A DNA stretch of 64,000 nt from an uncultured Dehalococcoidia bacterium (lineage in GTDB: Bacteria; Chloroflexota; Dehalococcoidia; Lucifugimonadales; Australimonadaceae). Below, in pieces: positions 1 to 7,883 of this stretch. The stretch lies in assembly GCA_964560025.1 (NCBI GenBank), contig CAZLKC010000002.1, forward strand, positions 109,443 to 173,442. Direction: 5' to 3'. The position numbers and the translations under genes were made by a program. How positions within the stretch are numbered: the first letter of the stretch is position 1; each line of letters starts with the position of its first letter. Below the pieces are notes generated by a model. It had not been told where the DNA came from. It saw only the letters and a list, made by a program, of their open reading frames with translations, and did no database searches.

Positions 1-67
1 CGTCCGTCATTTCGATGCCCCCGTAGTCGTTCAGGATCGCGCGGAGCGTCTGCGGCGATACGGCCAT
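1..67 (-). CDS. 5' end of an unidentified protein gene (partial, runs off the window)
   Basis: Reverse-strand ATG at 65-67 with GGAGG 5 nt upstream (complement of 73-77). Reads MAVSPQTLRAILNDYGGIEMTD. Too short to name. Confidence 0.35.
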   Translation of the reverse strand, partial: MAVSPQTLRAILNDYGGIEMTD

Positions 68-147
68 AGTTGCCTCCTCGTTCGCGGTTGGCGCGACGCC
101 AAGGCTAGCACGCGGTGCGGATAGGCGCAGCAGACGGCTATCCCGCT

Positions 148-175
148 CACCCTTCGATTGCCCTCAGGGCGAACG
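148..175. repeat. Copy 1 of short dispersed hairpin repeat (CACCCTTCGATTGCCCTCAGGGCGAACG)
   Basis: Matches the copies at 40294, 58681 and 61588. Intergenic, about 80 nt 3' of the minus-strand gene ending at 257. The first stem arm has one mismatch. Confidence 0.55.
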
Positions 176-256
176 AGATAGCGGCGCGCCTCAATGCTCC
201 CCTACCACGCTACGCGCAGGGCGGGCGCAAAGCGAACGGAAGGGGCAGCGCATTGG

Positions 257-1177
257 CTACCCGACAGAACCCTCTGCGAGCAGGTCGCGCAGCGCCGGTT
301 CGAGGTCGGGATGGCGGAAGCTGAAGCCGCCGCTCAGTGCGGCCTCCGGCGCCAAGCGCTTGCTGGCCAACGCCTCGACGGCGAACCCGCCCAGCATCAG
401 CCGCAGCACAGCGCCGGGGACGCGCCACGGCGCAGGGCGGCGCAGGACGCGCGCCATCGCCGTGGAGAAGTCGGCCTGTCGCACGGGATTGGGCGACGCG
501 GCGTTGACGGCGCCGGAGACATCCGCCTCCAGCGCCCACGCGATCAGCGCCGCCGCGTCGTCGAGGTGAATCCACGACCACCATTGGCGTCCGCCGCCTA
601 GCCTGGCGCCAAGCCCCAGGCGGTAGACCGGGCGCGTTACGCCCAGCAACCCCCCCGTAGACGACAGGATCGTAGCGAAGCGCAGCGCTGCCGTCCGCAC
701 GCCCGCCTCTTGCGCGCGCAACGCCTCCGTCTCCCAGTCGCGGCACACCTCGGCCAGAAAGTCGCCGCCGGGCGGTTCGCGTTCGCTGAGGACATCCTCG
801 CCTCGGTTGCCGTAGTAGCCCATAGCGCTTGCGCTGACCAGCGCGCGGGGCGGGTGGGCGGCGGCGCTCACGCCGGCGACGAGGTTGCGCGTGCCGACGA
901 CGCGGCTGTCGTAGATGGCGCGGCGCTTGCGGCGCGTCCAGCGTCCGGCGACGCGCTCGCCCATCAGGTTGACGACGGCGTCGGCGCCGTCAAAGGCGGC
1001 GGGGGGCGGTGGGCCGGACAGGGGCGCCCAATCGTAGGCGGCGACGAGGATGGGGAGGCGTTTGCGGGCGGCCTCGGCGCTGCGCGAGAGGGCGGCGACC
1101 TCGTGCCCGGCGTCGGTCAACGCGGCGCAGAGGCGGGCGCCGAGCGTTCCGGTGGCTCCGGTTACGAGCACGCGCAT
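257..1177 (-). CDS. YfcH/TIGR01777-like NAD-dependent epimerase family protein (SDR fold with C-terminal DUF1731-type region)
   Basis: Rossmann motif MRVLVTGATGTLG lies right at ATG 1177. The ORF track starts 14 codons earlier, at 1219. Family-like length and C-terminus (GGFSFRHPDLEPAL). Confidence 0.8.
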   Translation of the reverse strand: MRVLVTGATGTLGARLCAALTDAGHEVAALSRSAEAARKRLPILVAAYDWAPLSGPPPPAAFDGADAVVNLMGERVAGRWTRRKRRAIYDSRVVGTRNLVAGVSAAAHPPRALVSASAMGYYGNRGEDVLSEREPPGGDFLAEVCRDWETEALRAQEAGVRTAALRFATILSSTGGLLGVTRPVYRLGLGARLGGGRQWWSWIHLDDAAALIAWALEADVSGAVNAASPNPVRQADFSTAMARVLRRPAPWRVPGAVLRLMLGGFAVEALASKRLAPEAALSGGFSFRHPDLEPALRDLLAEGSVG

Positions 1178-1203
1178 AAGGGCGGCTCCGTTAGTGCGGC
1201 GCA

Positions 1204-1232
1204 AGAGGGCGGCCCACAATGGGCCGCCCTCT
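1204..1232 (-). terminator. Perfect 13-bp stem hairpin 3' of proX
   Basis: AGAGGGCGGCCCA-CAA-TGGGCCGCCCTCT, 25 nt downstream of the proX stop (1257). Only a weak T run follows on the minus strand. Confidence 0.55.
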
Positions 1233-1256
1233 CGGTTGTCGCGGAAGCGTTGGCGC

Positions 1257-2393
1257 TTAGAGCGCCGCTTCGATCTTGGCCGCCGCCTCGCTGGTCACCC
1301 AGCTCTTCCATGCGTCGTTGTTGGCGAGCCACCACGTGGCGACTTCGCCGTACTCCGCGCCGGTCTCGACGAAGTAGCCCTCGGCGACCAGCTGGTTGCC
1401 GGCGCTCCAGTCCCAGTTCTTCAAGACCTCGATGACGTCGGGCGCCGATTCGAGCAGCTCGGAGCGGACGGTGATGAGCACCTCGGCGGTGGGGTAGGCG
1501 CAACCGTTGTCGCCCTCCCAGCACTCGACGCTGTAAGGCGGCTCTTCGAGGATGACGTAGCCGTCGAACTCGGTGTTGAGCCTGTGCGACAGCGTAGTCG
1601 GGCCCCAGTAGTAGAAGAGCACGTCCTCTTCGTTCTCGAAAGCCGACGTAATCTCGGCGGCGAGCGCCTCGCCGGAGCCGGGGTTGACCAGCTCGACCGT
1701 GTCCTCGAGGCCGTAGGCGACGATCTTCTTCTCGTTCACGCCCTCGCACTCCCAGCCGGGGATGCAGGTGATGAGGCGCGCCTTGCCCCTCGAGTCGGCG
1801 GTTACGAACAGGTCCATATGGTCGGGCAGGTCCTCAACGGCGCGCAGGCCCGGGTTGGCGTCGGCGGTGTACTGCGGGATGATGAAGGCCGACTGCCAGT
1901 TGTCCTCGAGGCTCTTGCCGATGGAGGTGATGGTGCCCTCGGCGATGGCGGCGTCGTAGGCCGCCTGCTGGTTGGGCAGCCAGATCTCCATCGAGATGTG
2001 CGTGTCGCCGCGCGTCAGCGCCTCCATCAGCGGGATGGTGCCGCCGAACACGGCGTCCGTCTCGTAGTCGTAGCCGTTCTCGATGATGAAGCGGGCCACG
2101 GCGTTCTGAATCTGGGCGCTGTCCCAGTTCAAGTCAGAGAAGATGAGCGTCGGCTTGTCCGCCGCCGGTGGGGGCGGAGTGGCCGTGGCCGTCGGCGCCG
2201 GCGCGGTAGGCGTCGGGCTGGTGCTTGACGGAGGCGGAGTGGGCGTGGCCGTCGGCTGCGCCTGGGCCGCAGTCGGCGTGGCCGTGGGCCGCGGGGTGGG
2301 CGTCGGGTCCTCGCCGCCACAGGCGGCGAGCGCCGCCGCCGCCAGCGCAAGGCCGGCGAGGGCGATCAGCGGTCTCAGATATCTCACGTTCAT
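1257..2393 (-). CDS. proX: Glycine betaine/proline betaine ABC transporter substrate-binding lipoprotein
   Basis: Signal peptide with lipobox LAAC. Pro/Thr-rich linker, then a ProX/OpuAC-type domain (DLNWDSAQIQN, EIWLPNQ). Last gene of the proV-proW-proX string. Confidence 0.85.
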   Translation of the reverse strand: MNVRYLRPLIALAGLALAAAALAACGGEDPTPTPRPTATPTAAQAQPTATPTPPPSSTSPTPTAPAPTATATPPPPAADKPTLIFSDLNWDSAQIQNAVARFIIENGYDYETDAVFGGTIPLMEALTRGDTHISMEIWLPNQQAAYDAAIAEGTITSIGKSLEDNWQSAFIIPQYTADANPGLRAVEDLPDHMDLFVTADSRGKARLITCIPGWECEGVNEKKIVAYGLEDTVELVNPGSGEALAAEITSAFENEEDVLFYYWGPTTLSHRLNTEFDGYVILEEPPYSVECWEGDNGCAYPTAEVLITVRSELLESAPDVIEVLKNWDWSAGNQLVAEGYFVETGAEYGEVATWWLANNDAWKSWVTSEAAAKIEAAL

Positions 2394-2480
2394 TGCGGTC
2401 TTATCCCTCCCATGCGTCTTTGTTGGCTCCCGCGGCGATGCGCGGGGAGCGGCGCCCGGCGAACCGGACGCCCTTTGCGG

Positions 2481-3506
2481 TTAGTGTGTGTCGGTGCGCA
2501 GCGCCTCCTGGCGCTCCCTGGCCCATGCCTGGGTAACGCGGTCGACGATGATGGCGAGCACGACGATGGCCAAGCCTCCCAACAGCGCCTCGCCAGGCTG
2601 GAAGCGCTGGAGCGCGCGGAGCACGTCCTCGCCCAGGCCGCCGGCGCCCACCAGCGCGCCGACCACCACCATAGCAAGCGCCATCATCGTCGTCTGGTTC
2701 ACCCCGGCCATGATGCTGGGAATGGCCATGGGCAGCTGCACCTTTATCAGCAGTTGACGCCGCGTCGTCCCGAACGACTGCGCGGCCTCCACCACCTGCG
2801 GCGTAACCTGGCGGATGCCGAGGCTGGTGAGGCGGATAGCCGGAGGCACGGCGTAGATGACGGTGGCGAAGATGGCCGGCACGTTGCCGATGCCGAACAG
2901 CATAATCGCCGGCACGAGATAGACGAAGGCCGGCATCGTCTGCATGCCGTCGAGGAACGGGCGCAGGACGGCGTCCACCGTGTTGCTGCGCGCCGCCAGA
3001 ATTCCCAGCGGGATGGCGACGGCGATGGAGATGATGACGGCGACGGCGATGAGGGCGGCGGTCTCCATCGCGGAGGGCCACAGGCCTACGAAGCCGACCG
3101 CCACCAGCGACAGCATAGAGAACGCCGCCATGCGCCAACTCACCATGCGCCACGCCACGTAGCCGATGCCGCCGATCATCACTGGCCACGGAATCCACAG
3201 GAAGATGCCCTCCAGCCGCAGGAGGAAGCGCAGCACGATGTCCGCGATGGTGTCGAAGATGAAGGAGAAGTTCCGCGTGATGGTGCGGATGGCGTCGTTC
3301 ACCCAGTCGGCGATAGGCGGCCCGACGTCGGCGGGGAACTCCATCTCCGAGCTCCAGATCCATGCTGCGGCGAGCATCGCGACGATGAATCCGCCGATGG
3401 GCAGCGCGGCGCGCTGCCAGCGGTTCAGCTGGAAGCCCTTGCGGGCCGGAGCGGCGGGCGGCTCTTGGGGGCGGCCCGCTTGGGTCGGCGGTGTTGCGAC
3501 TGCCAT
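2481..3506 (-). CDS. proW: Glycine betaine/proline ABC transporter permease
   Basis: Multi-TM ABC permease, ProW/OpuAB-like through the conserved loop (LDGMQTMPAFVYLVPAIMLFGIG). Sits 18 nt downstream of proV. Confidence 0.85.
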   Translation of the reverse strand: MAVATPPTQAGRPQEPPAAPARKGFQLNRWQRAALPIGGFIVAMLAAAWIWSSEMEFPADVGPPIADWVNDAIRTITRNFSFIFDTIADIVLRFLLRLEGIFLWIPWPVMIGGIGYVAWRMVSWRMAAFSMLSLVAVGFVGLWPSAMETAALIAVAVIISIAVAIPLGILAARSNTVDAVLRPFLDGMQTMPAFVYLVPAIMLFGIGNVPAIFATVIYAVPPAIRLTSLGIRQVTPQVVEAAQSFGTTRRQLLIKVQLPMAIPSIMAGVNQTTMMALAMVVVGALVGAGGLGEDVLRALQRFQPGEALLGGLAIVVLAIIVDRVTQAWARERQEALRTDTH

Positions 3507-3524
3507 AGGTGATCTCCTCGAGCG

Positions 3525-4745
3525 CTAGACGCTCGCGGCCTCCGTCGATTCGGCCTCGAACGCAGCTTGGATGAGCGCGTCGCGCTCCACCTCGCCGACC
3601 AGCAGGCCCGACTCGTCGACCACCGGCAGCTTGCCGTGCTGGTCCCACGCGTTGGCCAGCGCCTCTTCGATGGACTGCTGGCGCTGGATGGGGGCGAAAC
3701 GGCGGTCGACCGTGGCGCGGATGGCCGAGTCGCCGCGGCGCAGCGACTGCTTGACCTCATGGATGCTGACCTCGCCCACGTAGCGGCCCTCGCTCGTGCA
3801 GATGAACACCGCCTCCGTTCCGGCCGACTCCATGGCGCGCAACGCCGCGTCGGGCGAGTCGTCTTCGCGGACGCGGGTGCTGGGGTGCTCCATCAGGTAG
3901 CCGACGGTGATGACGGTGGCGCGGCGCACGTCGCGAGTGAAGTCGGCCACGTAGTCGTCGGCGGGGTTGGACATAATCTGTTCGGGAGTGCCGATCTGGG
4001 CGATGGCGCCGTCGCGCATAATGGCAATGCGGTTGCCGACGCGGATCGCCTCGGCCAGGTCGTGCGTGATGAAGATGATGGTCTTCCGCATCCGCTCTTG
4101 AAGCACGAGCAACTCGTTCTGCATGTCGCGGCGGATGAGGGGGTCGAGGGCGCTGAACGGCTCGTCCAGCAGCAGAATCTCAGGGTCGGAAGCGAGGGCG
4201 CGGGCGAGGCCGACGCGCTGCTGCATGCCGCCGCTGAGGGCGGACGGGCGGTAGTTCTCCCACCCGGAGAGGCCGACCATCTCGAGCACTTCCATCGCGC
4301 GGGCGCGTCGCTCCGATTCCGGCAGGCCTTGCACTTCGAGGCCCCAGGCGGCATTGTCGAGCACGGTGCGGTGAGGCAGCAGGCCGAAGTACTGGAAGAC
4401 CATGCCGGTCTTCTTGCGGCGGAACTCGATGCGTTCCTCCTCCGTGTAGGCGAGCACGTCCTCGCCGTCCACGAAGATCTGCCCCGTCGTCGGCTCAATG
4501 AGCTGGATAAGGCAGCGCACGAGGGTGGACTTGCCGCTGCCCGACAAGCCCATCACCACGAAGGTCTCGCCGGAGGAGACGTCGAAGTTCACGTCGCGCA
4601 GTGCCACGACCGACTTGAGTTGCTCCTGCGCCTCGGTCTTGCTCAGTTCCGCAAACCGCTCCGCAACGTCGGGACCGGCGGCAGGGCCGAAGACCTTCCA
4701 CAGGTTTCGGACGCTCATCCGCAGAGGCTCGGATTGTCCGTTCAT
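3525..4745 (-). CDS. proV: Glycine betaine/proline ABC transporter ATP-binding protein with C-terminal CBS region
   Basis: Walker A GLSGSGKST, signature LSGGMQQRVGLARAL, Walker B LLLDEPFSALD. Start placed at ATG 4745 because GAGGAGG lies 10 nt upstream. The ORF track start is 4772. Confidence 0.9.
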   Translation of the reverse strand: MNGQSEPLRMSVRNLWKVFGPAAGPDVAERFAELSKTEAQEQLKSVVALRDVNFDVSSGETFVVMGLSGSGKSTLVRCLIQLIEPTTGQIFVDGEDVLAYTEEERIEFRRKKTGMVFQYFGLLPHRTVLDNAAWGLEVQGLPESERRARAMEVLEMVGLSGWENYRPSALSGGMQQRVGLARALASDPEILLLDEPFSALDPLIRRDMQNELLVLQERMRKTIIFITHDLAEAIRVGNRIAIMRDGAIAQIGTPEQIMSNPADDYVADFTRDVRRATVITVGYLMEHPSTRVREDDSPDAALRAMESAGTEAVFICTSEGRYVGEVSIHEVKQSLRRGDSAIRATVDRRFAPIQRQQSIEEALANAWDQHGKLPVVDESGLLVGEVERDALIQAAFEAESTEAASV

Positions 4746-4915
4746 TCGCTCACGACCTCCTCTTTGTGGCATGCGTCGGGCGGAGCAGCGCTCCGCCGGA
4801 TGTTGGCGACGGCAACCCAGCAGGCATAGCTAGCCACGGGTACGGGTTGCAGTGGAGAGTGGAGAGGGCGCCGCCAGGCGCTGCGCGGGGTGGACCCGCT
4901 AGGGAGTGCGGCCTC

Positions 4916-4945
4916 ACCCTACCGACCCCCGGCCAAGAGTGTCAA
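4916..4945 (-). promoter_or_regulatory. Candidate sigma70-type promoter for proVWX (TTGACA-N18-TAGGGT on the minus strand)
   Basis: Complement of 4940-4945 is TTGACA. Complement of 4916-4921 is TAGGGT. This would give a leader of about 160 nt. Confidence 0.3.
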
Positions 4946-5251
4946 AGCGCCGAATGCGCCAGCGAAGGCGCTCATACTTACGAATTCCGTATTGCTATAA
5001 CCTATATCCGCATCCCTCGTGGGCGCGCTCTCCCTGCCGCTCTCCTGTGGACGCGCGGCGCCTGTCTCCCGCCCAGTCCGGCGGGAAACGCCGCGTTGCA
5101 GGGCGCGTCCACTCCGCACGACTCAACGGGCGGACGCGACGCTCTTCCGCATGCCGCCGTTGCCGATTTCCATCAGCATTGCGGCGATAGATGCGCCTAA
5201 TCCGTCGCCGGTGGCGTATTGGGGCCAATCTGGACAGGGCGCCGGGCGCGT

Positions 5252-6055
5252 TTACACGCGCAGGTCGCGGCGCTCGAGGCCGACAGCCGCCGCAACCGCC
5301 AGGGCGAGCGCCGCGACCGCCAGCACCGCCGCGTGGACGGGGTCAAGGCCGTTGGCGAGCGGCACGGCTTCGCCGTAGTAGCGGAAGGGCGAGACCACGC
5401 GCAGCGCGTCGAGCGCGTCCACCAGCGGCGCGAGGGCGTCCACCAGGTAGGCGGCGACGGCGTAGCCCGCAGGCAGTCCCATGCTCAGGCCCTTGTTGCC
5501 CGTAACGGCGCCCACCGCCAGCGCCAGCGCCCCAAACATAATCGCCAGCAGCGCCAGGCTCAGCACGGCTTCGAAGATGCGCGCCACGGCGATGTCCATC
5601 GCCACCGCCGTCCCACCCGCCCATACCGCCGCGAACGTCGCCGCCGACAGAACCGTCGTGCCGCACACGAGCGCGCCGAACTTCTCGACAACGAGGCGCC
5701 AGCGCGCCACCGGCGCGGACAGCAGCGCCTCGATCGTCCCGCGCTCCTCCTCGCCCGACACGCCGCCCACGCCCTGCCCGATGGCGTAGACCAAGAACAC
5801 GGCGGGCGCGAGGAAGGCGAAGAAGCGCGAGTGCAGGTAGCCGGTGGGCGAGAGGAAGTCGAGCACGCCCGCGCCCAGGAACAGGTTGCGCACCACCTCG
5901 GGCAGGCTGTCGATGAGTTGGCGGAACTCCGGCACGTCGCGCACCGACGGATAGACCAGCACGATCAGCAGCACGGCGGCGGCCATTCCCGCCGACCACC
6001 AAGCCAGCGAACGCCGCTGCTCCCACAGCGTCTTGAGCAGGATGGTGCGGAGCAT
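5252..6055 (-). CDS. ABC-2 type transporter permease
   Basis: Six-TM ABC-2 style permease. Sits 4 nt downstream of the ATPase gene. Confidence 0.75.
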   Translation of the reverse strand: MLRTILLKTLWEQRRSLAWWSAGMAAAVLLIVLVYPSVRDVPEFRQLIDSLPEVVRNLFLGAGVLDFLSPTGYLHSRFFAFLAPAVFLVYAIGQGVGGVSGEEERGTIEALLSAPVARWRLVVEKFGALVCGTTVLSAATFAAVWAGGTAVAMDIAVARIFEAVLSLALLAIMFGALALAVGAVTGNKGLSMGLPAGYAVAAYLVDALAPLVDALDALRVVSPFRYYGEAVPLANGLDPVHAAVLAVAALALAVAAAVGLERRDLRV

Positions 6056-6059
6056 CGCC

Positions 6060-6971
6060 CTACTCCGCCTCCCGCTTGTAGTAGCCCAGGAACACGTCCT
6101 CCAGGCTCGCCTCCAGTGTCGTCAATGTCTCAACCTCATACTGCGCCAGTGCTTTGACCAGGGCGTCCATCGAACCCTCGACGCGGCACGCCAGCGCTCC
6201 GTCCGTCAGCGACACGTCCGACACGCCGGGCAGCCGCGCCAGGCGCTCCGCCGCCTCTGCGCCGCCTCCGTCGCCGCCGAACCGCGCCTCCACGACGCGC
6301 CCCGCGCGCTGTTTCAACACCGCAGGCTCCTCCACCGCCTCCAGCATGCCTTTGCGGATGATGCCCACGCGGTCGGCCACCTGGTCAACCTCCGGCAGGA
6401 TGTGCGACGAGATGAACACCGTCCGCCCCTCCGCCGTCGTCTCGCGCAGCAGTCGGTAGAATTCCTGCTGCATCAGCGGGTCGAGGCCTGTGGAGGGTTC
6501 GTCAAGCACCAGCAGGTCGGGACGGTGCATGAAGGCGTGCACGATGCCGATCTTCTGGCGGTTGCCGCGCGAGAGCTCCCGCAGCGGCACGGTCGGGTCG
6601 GCGTCGAAGCGGTCGAGTAGGCGCTCGACGTAGGCCGCGTCGACGCCCGCGCCGCCGCGCAGGTGTCCCGCGTAGGCGAGCAACTCCCGCCCCGTCATCG
6701 CCGGGTACAGGCTCAGCTCGCCGGACAGGTAGCCGGTGCGCCGCCGTATCGCCAGCCCGCCGCGCCGCGCGTCCAGTCCGAACACCCGCACGCTCCCCGC
6801 CGTGGGGCGGATGAAGTCCAGCAGCAGGCGGATAGTGGTGCTCTTCCCTGCGCCGTTCGGCCCCAGGTAGCCGAACACCTCCCCCTGCTCCACTGCCAGG
6901 TCAAGCGCCTGCAACGCGCGCACGGAGCCGTAGTGCTTCGTGAGCGCGGCAGCCTCGATGACGGGGGGCAT
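6060..6971 (-). CDS. ABC transporter ATP-binding protein (ABC-2 exporter partner)
   Basis: Walker A GPNGAGKSTT, signature LSRGNRQKIGIVHAF, Walker B LVLDEPSTGLD. Start at ATG 6971 (MPPVIEAAAL). The upstream 171 codons of ORF 6060-7484 are GC-driven read-through that overlaps the opposite-strand gene. Confidence 0.9.
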   Translation of the reverse strand: MPPVIEAAALTKHYGSVRALQALDLAVEQGEVFGYLGPNGAGKSTTIRLLLDFIRPTAGSVRVFGLDARRGGLAIRRRTGYLSGELSLYPAMTGRELLAYAGHLRGGAGVDAAYVERLLDRFDADPTVPLRELSRGNRQKIGIVHAFMHRPDLLVLDEPSTGLDPLMQQEFYRLLRETTAEGRTVFISSHILPEVDQVADRVGIIRKGMLEAVEEPAVLKQRAGRVVEARFGGDGGGAEAAERLARLPGVSDVSLTDGALACRVEGSMDALVKALAQYEVETLTTLEASLEDVFLGYYKREAE

Positions 6972-7071
6972 AAGGCGATGATACGCGACAAGGTTTAAAG
7001 CGGTGAGGCATGAACAGCCCCCGCCTGCTCCAGGCTCCCGCCGCCCCGGATTACCCCGCGACCCCGGCGGG

Positions 7072-7100
7072 TTGACCATTGCGCCTTGCGCTGCTAGCCT
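7072..7100 (+). promoter_or_regulatory. Candidate promoter TTGACC-N17-TAGCCT for the HesB-like gene
   Basis: Hexamers at 7072-7077 and 7095-7100. AAGGAGG lies just before ATG 7128. Confidence 0.3.
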
Positions 7101-7127
7101 GCCACCGTCGGCAGGCAAGGAGGAGCC

Positions 7128-7475
7128 ATGATCACCATCAGCGACACGGCGGCGGACAAGCTGAAGGGCATCCTCGACGAGGAGGGGCAGCCGGAGGCGG
7201 CGCTCCGCGTCATCGTCGTTCCCAACGGCCACGGCGCGCAGTACATGCTGGCGCTGGAGGAGGCGCCCAAGGACGACGACATGCTCGTCCACGAGAACGG
7301 CGTGCGCGTCATCGTCGACACCGACAGCGCGCCGCTCCTCGAGGGGGCGGAGATCGATTACAGCGACGGGCTGATGCGCAGCGGATTCGTCATCAGCAAC
7401 CCGAACCTCGCGCCGACGGGCGGCGGATGCGCCTGCGGCGGCAACTGCGGCTGCGGATCCGGCTCCGCCTGCTAG
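7128..7475 (+). CDS. HesB/IscA-family Fe-S assembly-like protein with Cys/Gly-rich C-terminal tail
   Basis: IscA-like core (ITISDTAADKLK, IDYSDGLMRSGFVISNPN). The C-terminus is GGGCACGGNCGCGSGSAC. The usual first Cys (GGCSGxxY) reads NGHGAQY here. Confidence 0.75.
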   Translation: MITISDTAADKLKGILDEEGQPEAALRVIVVPNGHGAQYMLALEEAPKDDDMLVHENGVRVIVDTDSAPLLEGAEIDYSDGLMRSGFVISNPNLAPTGGGCACGGNCGCGSGSAC

Positions 7476-7504
7476 CCCGCGCAACCCAAACGCTCACCGA
7501 ACCA

Positions 7505-7526
7505 GGGGCGGCCTCGAGGCCGCCCC
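7505..7526 (+). terminator. Intrinsic terminator of the HesB-like gene
   Basis: GGGGCGGCC-TCGA-GGCCGCCCC followed by TCTTGCT, 30 nt after the stop codon. Confidence 0.6.
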
Positions 7527-7592
7527 TCTTGCTATCCCCTCGCCTCCGCCCTGCCACTTTCCCTCTGCCCTGCCCGCCTCTCCGTCGCATTT

Positions 7593-7854
7593 ATGACATT
7601 CAATCGTTGCGCAAACGGCGCTCCTGTGAAACCCTTTCCCTATGAACGCCTGCGCCCTCGTCCGGCTGCTCCTCTGCATCCCCTTCCGCTTGCCCGTGGC
7701 GGCGGCCAACCCCCCTGTCACCATGTGTAACGCCGGCGCCCGCAGCGGTAACGCGGTTACGGCGCAGCCGGCGCCCCCCCTGCACGTTTCTGCCCGGCGT
7801 TCCCCGCGTAAACGTTACACAATGGAACACTTTCCGATGAAATTCACGCAGGGG
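7593..7854 (+). repeat. Copy 1 of a 262-nt unannotated intergenic element (inverted partner at 58401-58662)
   Basis: Hand alignment with the reverse complement of 58401-58662: 74/85 identical at the 5' end, 45/66 in the next block, a weak spacer of about 70 nt, then a conserved 3' module of about 50 nt. Total length is identical. Confidence 0.6.
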
Positions 7855-7883
7855 TGGGTATACGTCGGTCTCGCGAACGCCTG

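Noticed and set aside
2150-2340. Repetitive DNA in proX (PT-rich linker), pdhC (34480-34830, Ala/Pro linker), the zinc-ribbon gene (43250-43315, poly-Ser) and ftsK (52600-52800), considered as possible tandem or CRISPR-like arrays.
   Set aside because: All are in-frame low-complexity linker regions of confident genes. There is no repeat-spacer periodicity and no cas genes.
5020-5060. GGAGAG...GGGAGAG...CACGAGGGATGCGG on the minus strand, reminiscent of glycine-riboswitch strings, upstream of the betaine transporter.
   Set aside because: The conserved ACCGAAGGGGCAA-type core is not present. The strings lie upstream of the best promoter candidate. Betaine importers are not a usual glycine-riboswitch target.
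6972-7484. N-terminal 171-codon extension of the ABC ATPase ORF that overlaps the HesB-like gene on the opposite strand.
   Set aside because: The ATPase domain begins at MPPVIEAAAL (ATG 6971). The extension has junk composition and would run through a well-supported opposite-strand gene and its promoter.
7593-7854. The idea that the two 262-nt copies are a DGR template/variable repeat pair, or that they encode a small Pro-rich or basic peptide.
   Set aside because: There is no reverse transcriptase in the window and the copies are 51 kb apart. The differences are not adenine-specific. Mismatches show no codon-position bias. The shared ATG frame is closed by TAA in one copy only.
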